A DNA stretch of 35,354 nucleotides from Pyrinomonadaceae bacterium (lineage in GTDB: Bacteria > Acidobacteriota > Blastocatellia > Pyrinomonadales > Pyrinomonadaceae), in the NCBI GenBank assembly GCA_041493085.1, contig JBGPYG010000001.1:1-35354 (forward strand), read 5' to 3'. Below are positions 1-6,926 of this stretch, in pieces (the first letter of the stretch is position 1; every line of letters starts with the position of its first letter). A program made the position numbers and the translations under genes. Below the pieces are notes generated by a model. That model saw nothing but the letters and a program-made list of their open reading frames with translations, made no database searches and was not told the DNA's origin.

Positions 1-36
1 CACATGTTCCATTGTCTTGCAAAGGTCAATAGCCAT
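1..36 (-). CDS. 5' end of an unidentified CDS running off the left edge (MAIDLCKTMEHV...)
   Basis: ATG at 34-36 (minus) is preceded by AAGGAG (rev-comp of 42-47) with a 5-nt spacer. Only 12 codons are visible, so no product call is possible. Confidence 0.3.
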   Translation of the reverse strand, partial: MAIDLCKTMEHV

Positions 37-104
37 GACTTCTCCTTATCTCAAGTTGTTGCTTAGGTACCCACTGAAGTTAAATAAAAGAGTTAGCACC
101 GCGT

Positions 105-121
105 CTTCTCCCAGATTGCTC
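105..121 (-). repeat. Copy 1 of the oriented intergenic motif (sense: GAGCAATCTGGGAGAAG)
   Basis: Exact 17-mer shared with 31422-31438. It lies 68 nt upstream of the ATG at 36 and has the same orientation as that gene. Confidence 0.5.
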
Positions 122-225
122 ACTTCGTTTCGATTCTGCCTGGGCTTGCGCCCTTACTGCTCAACCTGAAGAAATCGCGGCGCCCCTCTGACCGCGCCTC
201 ATTTGCTGACTACCTCTGCTTGCCG

Positions 226-1482
226 CTACCTGACTCTAACGCGCGCGATCTTGCTAGAGAACATCGCGGTGTACCAGATGGTCCCATCCTGGCTTATCGC
301 AATTCCACCGGGTCCCCCCGTAGGCCCGAGTTGTTCACCAGTTTTTAGGTTGATGTGTGCATTAAGCAATGCTTCCTTAGCCGTATCCGGTTCAGTTGTC
401 ACCGTACCGTTCGTCAGCTGGGTCAGCGTGGGTGCGCTAGGCGCCGAAAACTCATGAATCTGTTTGTTCTTGGGATTGAGCCTGGCGATCTGATTGCCAA
501 ACATCTCTGTGAACCAGATATTGCCATCGGGACCATTGACAAGCATGCCCGGGCCGGCCCTTGCACCATTCTTGTGCGACACGAGCGAAATCTCGTCAGT
601 GAAGTTCTTAGACTTAACATCAAACCGCGCGATTTTATCGGCGTTGAGTTCACTCACCCAGAGCGCGTTATCTGGACCAGTGATGAGGGAAGTGGGACCG
701 GCGTCGGGAGTCTTCGTGGCGTATTCAACAATGGCGTGACTGCTCGGATCGACCCGCCCGATTTTGCTGCTTCGCACCCCAACGAACCAGAGCGCCCCAT
801 CCGGCCCGCTCGTAATGGAGAGAGGAGCAGAGGCAGCGGTGGGGATTGTGAATTCCTCAATCTTCTCGGGATTGTTGGGGTCGAGCTTGCCGATCTTATT
901 GGCATACGCTTCGGTGAACCAGATATTATTGTCTGGCCCCACCGTAATTCCCACCGGCCCGCTATTGGCGGTCGGAGTCGGAAACTCCGTAATCACGTTC
1001 GCTTTCGGGTCAAGTCTTGCAATCTGGTGAGCGTTCTGTTCAGTAAACCAGACGTTGCCGTCCGGCGCCACCACGATGCCTTCCGGAAAACTATTGGCTG
1101 TCGGGATGGGGAAGTCCCGGACCGTCAATTTGCTGCCGCCAGCATAGGATGGCGATGCGATTTGTCCAATCTTATTGGCACCGGCCTGAGCGAAATAGAT
1201 GGAGCCATCCGGGGCGGCCGCCATGAGCTGGGGGACAGAACCTTGCGGGAGGGAGAATTCAGTAAATGCCCCGGCGAGCACCACCCGCGATTTTGCTGTG
1301 GTGGTGGCTACTACATCTGTCTCAGTGCCCTCCAGAGTATTCTCTTGAACTGCTGCCCGTATCGTTTCCTGGGCCGTGGCTGATGGCACAACAGTTTTTG
1401 AAGTGCCGGCCGAGAAAAGCAACAGCGCCAGAACCAGCCCCAGCGTGAGCGCATTCAGACGAGAAGTTCGAGTAATTTTCAT
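226..1482 (-). CDS. Secreted seven-bladed beta-propeller protein, Vgb (virginiamycin B lyase)-like repeat family
   Basis: Seven repeats of the GPDGxIWFTE...NKIGRLDP type are present (e.g. APDGNVWFTEQNAHQIARLDP, GPDNNIWFTEAYANKIGKLDP, GPDGNIWFTEMFGNQIARLNP). The N-terminal signal peptide is MKITRTSRLNALTLGLVLALLLFSAG. The ATG at 1482 has AAGGAG 6 nt upstream, so the longer track start at 1509 is less likely. Confidence 0.85.
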   Translation of the reverse strand: MKITRTSRLNALTLGLVLALLLFSAGTSKTVVPSATAQETIRAAVQENTLEGTETDVVATTTAKSRVVLAGAFTEFSLPQGSVPQLMAAAPDGSIYFAQAGANKIGQIASPSYAGGSKLTVRDFPIPTANSFPEGIVVAPDGNVWFTEQNAHQIARLDPKANVITEFPTPTANSGPVGITVGPDNNIWFTEAYANKIGKLDPNNPEKIEEFTIPTAASAPLSITSGPDGALWFVGVRSSKIGRVDPSSHAIVEYATKTPDAGPTSLITGPDNALWVSELNADKIARFDVKSKNFTDEISLVSHKNGARAGPGMLVNGPDGNIWFTEMFGNQIARLNPKNKQIHEFSAPSAPTLTQLTNGTVTTEPDTAKEALLNAHINLKTGEQLGPTGGPGGIAISQDGTIWYTAMFSSKIARVRVR

Positions 1483-1614
1483 AACGTCTCCTTCGCAGAA
1501 AGTTGCCATTACAGTGAGCGCATCACCCTTCGACTCTATTCGGTTGAGCCACTCACTCCTAGGTCACGGTAGAACTTGAACGCGAACACTTGTAGAGCGG
1601 ACTTGAAATTCTGT

Positions 1615-1631
1615 CTTCTCATGGATTGCTC
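1615..1631 (-). repeat. Copy 5 of the oriented intergenic motif (sense: GAGCAATCCATGAGAAG)
   Basis: Matches copy 1 at 14/17 positions in the core, and the flanks also match (AATGAGCAATC...GAGAAGACAG). It lies 132 nt upstream of the Vgb-like ATG and points toward it. Confidence 0.4.
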
Positions 1632-1674
1632 ATTTTGGCCGACAAGTAAGATGCTGGCGTAAAGAAAACGGAAT

Positions 1675-1691
1675 GGGCAATCTGGAAGAAG
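1675..1691 (+). repeat. Copy 4 of the oriented intergenic motif (sense: GGGCAATCTGGAAGAAG)
   Basis: Matches copy 1 at 15/17 positions in the core and 21/26 with flanks. It is divergent from copy 5, 43 nt away, and points toward the plus-strand gene remnants. Confidence 0.45.
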
Positions 1692-1942
1692 TCATTGACC
1701 TGGTTGGGTAGCCTGGATGAAGAGGGTCAGTTTGAGTTCAGTTCGATTGAGGAACTGTCGCATTATCACCCGCGCTTTGATTTGGCTCTGAGTTTCGCCG
1801 GCGAATGGGAAGCGATTCTTGGTCTCTATGTCACGACATCGTGGGCGGCTTAATCGCGATGCGACTATTTAACCACGCTCGGCACGTTGCACTTTGCGCT
1901 GGAGGAAACTTCCAAAACAATCCTCGTTCCCATCGTCGATGC

Positions 1943-2050
1943 TTTTACGCTGAAGGCAGCGAGACTTTCACTGTCAAACTGAGCAATGCAACCGTCACGA
2001 ATCCTGGTTCGCCCAGCGCCGCGACAGTAATCATCAACGACAACGAAACA
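1943..2050 (+). pseudogene. Calx-beta-like domain fragment (remnant of a larger plus-strand gene)
   Basis: The translation AEGSETFTVKLSNATVTNPGSPSAATVIINDNE resembles the C-terminal strands of a Calx-beta domain. The surrounding ORF (1805-2209) has no credible N-terminus and overlaps the 3' end of the convergent SCO gene. Confidence 0.35.
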
Positions 2051-2159
2051 GTAACGGGATTCAACCCGGGCCCCTTCGTACGGCCGTGGCGTCAGGATGA
2101 CCAGGAGTATTTCGGTCGCCAGAACTGTTGTCCGTTCCACTTTCAATCGACGCAGACTC

Positions 2160-2813
2160 TTAACGCGCCTCCATTCTTTTCAGGTTGTTCGGCCAATCCA
2201 CCCAACTGACTGATTTAACAATCCAGGAGGCTTTTGACATTCCCGGACAGCCGCCCCACCGTTCCAAAGGCTCGTTGCCATACTTAATGACCCCGATGTG
2301 ATTTGACTTGTCCTTGTCAACTTCCGGGTCGGGATCGACGTAGCCGAGTTTGCGCCGCAGCAACTCCATATCGGCCACTGAACCAGTAAGAAAGGACCAG
2401 CCGGGCTTCACATGGTGCATGTGCGCATAGTGTCGCAGACTGGCAACCGTGTCCTCCTGCGGCTTGAGCGTAAACGAATAGATGAAAATGTCGCGTCCCA
2501 TACGTTTGCCAAACAGATCCTGCACTCGCTTGAGGTTCATGGTGATGGGCATGCAGATTCCGTCACATTTAACGTACATGAAGTTGAGTAAGACGATCTT
2601 GTCCTTAATTAAATCGTCATAGAGCCGCACCTCTCTTCCTTCGTGCGTCGTCAGGATGAGGTTAGGAAAGTACCGTTGCCTGATTCGCTCACGCGAAGAG
2701 ATCTTCTGAAATTTCGAACTTGAAACAGGGGGTTGAGCCTGCCCAATCAGAGCGCCTGCAAAAGGGGCTGCACCCAACAGCGTAATCATATTTCTTCGAT
2801 TGATGTCTGTCAT
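2160..2813 (-). CDS. SCO1/SenC-family copper chaperone / thiol-disulfide protein (thioredoxin fold)
   Basis: The CxxxC motif appears in LLNFMYVKCDGICMP, with a downstream conserved His (SNHIGVIKYG). The N-terminus has a twin-arginine-like signal, NRRNMITLLGAAPFAGA. The ATG at 2813 has AAGGA 5 nt upstream. Confidence 0.85.
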   Translation of the reverse strand: MTDINRRNMITLLGAAPFAGALIGQAQPPVSSSKFQKISSRERIRQRYFPNLILTTHEGREVRLYDDLIKDKIVLLNFMYVKCDGICMPITMNLKRVQDLFGKRMGRDIFIYSFTLKPQEDTVASLRHYAHMHHVKPGWSFLTGSVADMELLRRKLGYVDPDPEVDKDKSNHIGVIKYGNEPLERWGGCPGMSKASWIVKSVSWVDWPNNLKRMEAR

Positions 2814-2892
2814 CACAATCCTTTCTCGACGATGCCTCTAAAAGGTACTCCGCGCGTTCCCGTTTAGGACCGCGCGTCAGCGCCTCTGGGTG

Positions 2893-4752
2893 CTAGGGTT
2901 TGGTCTTGTTATCCCCGACGTCGTCGATCTGGCCCAGCACCATCATCGCATGGTCTTCATGGAGCGCGTTGTGGCAGTGCAGAGGAAACTTGCCAAGGAA
3001 GTCACGGAAACGGAAGTAGACGACGGCTTCCATGTTTTCTTCCAACCTCATAACATCTTTCCGCCCCCGCTCAATGATTCCGGAGTTCTTTGGAGCCTGA
3101 CCATTGAGGGTCAGAGTCTGGAATGTCTCGGAGTGCATATGGACCGGGTGTTGCCACCCAGGGGGAAGGTTCTGGAGAACCCACTTTTCGACCGTGTTGC
3201 GTTTGATTGCAAAACGGATATCGTTGGGGTCGTCACAATCACCAACAAGCTGACGGTTGATCACCCACTGACCGTTCCTTCTATCAAAGTTGAAGGTGCG
3301 TGTGATCCGCGGCGCGTCCGTTGTATTAGGAAAACCATAAAACTGGGTGATCAGCGCGGGATCGATACTATTATCAGCCCGGGCGGGACCGTCAACGACG
3401 ATCTTCAGTATCTTCTGCCCCTGACCCGCCCCCAGTAGTACGTCACCGCTCGGGCCGCGCCCGTCGTGCTGCACCAACCGGTTCTCGAGGTGGTATGTCT
3501 TCCCGGCCTGGCCAGTGAAATCAACGATCACGTCGACGCGTTCAGCTACCGAAAATCGTGAACTTGTGACCTGAACCGGCTTCTCCATCAGGTTGCCGTC
3601 GGTCGAGATCTGCCAGAACGATTTCGTGGAATTGTTCGGGCCGAGCACAAACATCTGGTAGAAGCGCGAAGGCCCGGTGTTCAACCAGCGGAAGCGATAT
3701 CGGCGCGGGCTGACGTGCAATACTGGCTGTATCTTGCCGTTTACCAGGAACTTGTCGCCTAGGATGCCGTCCGTGTGGAATAGATCAAACTTCAGCAGTC
3801 CCGTCTGGTTATCGAAAACCTTGTCGCTGAACACCATGTAGATATCGAAGCTGGTGAGCGGGTTTTGCCCGTCCCCGAAGCTTGGTAACCGGAAGCCTGT
3901 GTTCTCGTCGCCGGTGTCAAATTCGTTGAAGAGTATGTATGTCCCGACCAGCCCCTTGTAAGTGTTTTCCGCCGTGTGGTCGATGCGGTGATCGTGATAC
4001 CAGAGCGTAGACATCGCCTCTTTGATATCCCCGGTGCCGGGATGAGTCGAGTTGATTCCGGCATAGACGTTGGGATAGTGATGGTCGTAAAACTGGCCGC
4101 GTTCCATGAAGGAGCAGGGGAAGCCATCGCTTTCCAGCGGCGTATGCCCGTTGTGCAAGTGGGTCGTGACCGAAGGTAGCCCGAAGCCACCATTGTCGAA
4201 CGGCAAATTGTTGCGTTGTCGCACAAGGATCGAACCTCGTTGCGGACTTCCCAGCACACCGTATCGCTCGACGATCATCGGACCCGGTGTGACACCGTTG
4301 AAGCCCCAGATGGGCTGTGGAGGGAGTTCATTCAGAGGGGCCACACTGACCAGGCCCGCCTGCTGGGACAACTCGTAATACCTCAAAGGAGGAAACTGCG
4401 CGAAAGCTTGATGTGCAACCGTCCGGGCTTCCCCGGCGGCGGTATTTGGCGCGGCAGTTGGCGCCGGGGTCAGCGAAGCGACCGGCGCGAGTACTGACAA
4501 CCGAGGCATGTTCTCGACGAAGGGTCTTGTCGGGGGACTATTTGGCTGGTCGTCGGGGAGTGCAAAACCGGACCTGGTCGTCGGGTGGGCGCTCAATCCC
4601 TTCTTCGGGATGAGCATACCGGCCGCGGTCAGCAAACCCATCTTCATCAGGTCGCGCCTCTTAAATTCGGCAGCGATTAACTCTCGCCGGTTCTTCGCCG
4701 CTGTCTCCTTCTCTTTTTCTCGCTGTCTGTTTCTCGTGGAGATGTTCGCCAT
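2893..4752 (-). CDS. Tat-exported multicopper oxidase (three-domain laccase / bilirubin-oxidase type)
   Basis: All four copper-ligand motifs are present: HLHNGH, WYHDH, HPVHMH and HCHNALHEDHAMM. The twin-arginine signal is FKRRDLMKMGLLTAAG. GGAGGA lies upstream of the ATG. Confidence 0.9.
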   Translation of the reverse strand: MANISTRNRQREKEKETAAKNRRELIAAEFKRRDLMKMGLLTAAGMLIPKKGLSAHPTTRSGFALPDDQPNSPPTRPFVENMPRLSVLAPVASLTPAPTAAPNTAAGEARTVAHQAFAQFPPLRYYELSQQAGLVSVAPLNELPPQPIWGFNGVTPGPMIVERYGVLGSPQRGSILVRQRNNLPFDNGGFGLPSVTTHLHNGHTPLESDGFPCSFMERGQFYDHHYPNVYAGINSTHPGTGDIKEAMSTLWYHDHRIDHTAENTYKGLVGTYILFNEFDTGDENTGFRLPSFGDGQNPLTSFDIYMVFSDKVFDNQTGLLKFDLFHTDGILGDKFLVNGKIQPVLHVSPRRYRFRWLNTGPSRFYQMFVLGPNNSTKSFWQISTDGNLMEKPVQVTSSRFSVAERVDVIVDFTGQAGKTYHLENRLVQHDGRGPSGDVLLGAGQGQKILKIVVDGPARADNSIDPALITQFYGFPNTTDAPRITRTFNFDRRNGQWVINRQLVGDCDDPNDIRFAIKRNTVEKWVLQNLPPGWQHPVHMHSETFQTLTLNGQAPKNSGIIERGRKDVMRLEENMEAVVYFRFRDFLGKFPLHCHNALHEDHAMMVLGQIDDVGDNKTKP

Positions 4753-5015
4753 TGGGGATTCCTCCTAACCTCTTCAGCCAAGCCGCTCGTGCCTGATTTA
4801 TTGTCGTTCGAGCGTCGCCTACACGGGTCGCACGGTGAAGCTCGACGATGCAACCGCTTGTCGAGTCGTGGAAACTATGAGGAGATGCGGCCAGTCAAAA
4901 ATTTTAGAGATCGGTTGGGAGATGAAGCCCATCTCTCGAGTGCTAGTCTAGTTTGGCGAGCTGGCCGCGACTTGCCGAGGGCCAAGAGATTGGGTTTTTT
5001 CAGATCCCGCTGTCC

Positions 5016-6503
5016 CTATCTTACTGGCTTTGGCAGAGGCAGCCGACCAACGAGTCCAAGGAACTCCTGCGAGAAGTAGATGTAATCACCAATGACCAAG
5101 ATACTTGTGGGCGAGATAACTCTGTCCGTGAGCGTGACGGCGCATTTTTGATTGCGAATCTGGCAGATCCGGCCCGGCGCATTCTTCAGGAAATCGAGGG
5201 AGTATTCACTGGTATACATATTGCCCTTTGCATCGAAGGCGACGCCAATCGCGCAGGTCAGGCCTTCAACCACCATCTTTTCCTCGCCCGGGTCAAGGGC
5301 ATTGCCATTGGCGTTGCTGTCGACGAGCCGCGCAATGCCGGACTGTCCCTGAGGGAATGGGTAACCGGCCAGGAGGGCAACGTACAACGCTCCGTCTGGT
5401 CCGATGGCAATGCCTGACGGCACCGGATCTCTTTCAGGCCGATTCTGGAAACTTGTCGCTTGTTGCGGGTTGTAGAGCGGATTGGGCAATTGTCCAAACG
5501 AGGCGTACAGAGTTAGCTTGCCGCTTCGTAAATTGGCGCGCAAGAGATCGTTAGCTCCGGCATCCGTCGCATAGGCGTAACCGTTGCGCACGGCAAGATC
5601 AAACGGATCACACTCTTTCTCTTTCTTGTCAGGATTGTAGCGTTCTTCAAAATCCCCGAGTGAGGCGATCAGGGTGAAAGGCGATGGCTGGGCTGGTTGT
5701 ACTGCCTTCTTCAACGTCAGAGAAGTTTTCGGCGCCGCGTTGCCGGCTTTGAGATCGATACGCAGCAAGCTCGCAATGGGTGTATCGTGCAGGTTGGCGA
5801 ACGGGTCTTTCTCCTCATGGGCAATAATCCTATTCGTGAGGCCAATCAATGCTGAACCATATGGGCGCACCGACGACAGACCGACGATGGACTTTATGGG
5901 CTGACCCTGGAACGTCGTATCGATCTTGACGGAAGGCAGACCGCTCACAAACTCTATCCCGTCGGCCGGCATGACGAGCTGATCCTGCTCATCGAATTTC
6001 TTGAGAGAGATTTTCCATACTCCTCCGTCGTTCTTGCCAGTGCCAAAATCCGTCACCAATAGATTGCCTCTCCCGTCCGTGGCAAGACCGCGCGGGCGGG
6101 CTGCTTGCATGAAGAAGTGATACGAGTAGTAATCGTTCAGGTTCTTCGCCAGATTTTCCAGGTCTGTTGAAGTCGCAACGGAGTGAAAGCTAATCCCTCC
6201 CGTTCCGCTCGGTTCGGTGATCTTGAGTTGACCGCTTACCCTGTCGCCCTGAATCTTGATAGCTGTCAGACAGCCGGGGCACATCACTGTCAGTTCATGC
6301 CCGGAGGAGGGGTTCTGGATCTTCACCGCTTCCGGCGCACACTTTCCGCCCCACGACTTTCGGTTCTGACAGGTGGTGCTGGAAACCAGCCTCATCAAGT
6401 CGCTAAAAGGAATTTGGTCGTTGGCGGCTTGGTTCCGGGAGAAGGAGGGCTGGACCAGAGTGAGAACCAGAATGCTTGTGATGAGAACTAACCGTGTTTT
6501 CAT
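5016..6503 (-). CDS. Secreted beta-propeller protein, ScyD/ScyE-like (NHL/SMP-30-like repeats)
   Basis: The signal peptide is MKTRLVLITSILVLTLVQPSFS. Motifs YATDAGANDLLRANL and PSGIAIGPDGALYVALLAGYPFPQG match my recollection of the ScyD/ScyE family. The ATG at 6503 has GAGG upstream. The family assignment comes from memory, not from a search. Confidence 0.6.
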   Translation of the reverse strand: MKTRLVLITSILVLTLVQPSFSRNQAANDQIPFSDLMRLVSSTTCQNRKSWGGKCAPEAVKIQNPSSGHELTVMCPGCLTAIKIQGDRVSGQLKITEPSGTGGISFHSVATSTDLENLAKNLNDYYSYHFFMQAARPRGLATDGRGNLLVTDFGTGKNDGGVWKISLKKFDEQDQLVMPADGIEFVSGLPSVKIDTTFQGQPIKSIVGLSSVRPYGSALIGLTNRIIAHEEKDPFANLHDTPIASLLRIDLKAGNAAPKTSLTLKKAVQPAQPSPFTLIASLGDFEERYNPDKKEKECDPFDLAVRNGYAYATDAGANDLLRANLRSGKLTLYASFGQLPNPLYNPQQATSFQNRPERDPVPSGIAIGPDGALYVALLAGYPFPQGQSGIARLVDSNANGNALDPGEEKMVVEGLTCAIGVAFDAKGNMYTSEYSLDFLKNAPGRICQIRNQKCAVTLTDRVISPTSILVIGDYIYFSQEFLGLVGRLPLPKPVR

Positions 6504-6558
6504 TCGAAATACCTCTGGCGGTAGGGTGCTCACTGGTTAGAAAAACATTGATGAGTGG

Positions 6559-6783
6559 TTATTTTCGTAAGCCGCGTTCCCACTCATAGCGAATGGTCAC
6601 GCACTGAGACCACCATGCATCAAGCCCGTGTTTCTCGCGAAGATACTTTGCGCTGAGCAAGTGTCCTTTCTTCTTGCGGTCGAACTTATCGAGGATGCCA
6701 AACCAGGCTTTCCAATCTTTGCCGGTCTTGGCCTTTACAGACTCGCTGCTCATGTTTCGAAAAACGGAGTTGCTCGCTGCCAT
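6559..6783 (-). CDS. DUF4287-like small protein
   Basis: The 74-aa ORF has the pattern TGKDWKAWFGILDKF...HLLSAKYLREKHGLDAWWSQCVTIRYE, typical of DUF4287. AGGAGG lies 12 nt upstream of the ATG. Confidence 0.65.
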   Translation of the reverse strand: MAASNSVFRNMSSESVKAKTGKDWKAWFGILDKFDRKKKGHLLSAKYLREKHGLDAWWSQCVTIRYEWERGLRK

Positions 6784-6810
6784 ATGAGATCAATACCTCC
6801 TGTGTCGCTC

Positions 6811-6819
6811 ATTATAACA
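6811..6819 (-). promoter_or_regulatory. Candidate extended -10 promoter element (TGTTATAAT) for the DUF4287 gene
   Basis: The minus-strand sequence reads TGT TATAAT, a perfect -10 hexamer with a TGn extension, about 28 nt upstream of the ATG at 6783. No good -35 element is present. Confidence 0.45.
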
Positions 6820-6926
6820 AAGACCGGGGCGATCGTTTCTTTTTAATTGCTAAGTCGGTATGACTCCTTGACGCCTGTCAGGCCCAGGAAAGAACACGCG
6901 TCACAGACAGCCGTTTAGTGCTGCAG

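Noticed and set aside
355-1383. 342-aa plus-strand ORF covering most of the Vgb-like gene region
   Set aside because: It lies entirely antisense to a strongly supported repeat-propeller gene. It is Arg/Gly-rich with no motif, RBS or signal, which is typical of shadow ORFs in GC-rich coding DNA. The same reasoning rejects other long antisense or alternate-frame track ORFs, e.g. 2890-3438, 8750-9274, 11320-11709, 19516-20055, 22196-22870, 22959-23408 and 24310-24846.
1805-2209. 134-aa plus-strand ORF as an intact gene
   Set aside because: Only about 35 residues resemble a known domain (Calx-beta). The N-terminus is implausible, and the 3' end overlaps the well-supported convergent SCO gene. 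It is treated as a pseudogene fragment instead.
2817-2892. CGCGCG ... CGCGCG self-complementary pair between the MCO and SCO genes as an attenuator or terminator
   Set aside because: The stem is only 6 bp, the loop is 14 nt, and there is no U-tract. In GC-rich DNA this is easily fortuitous.
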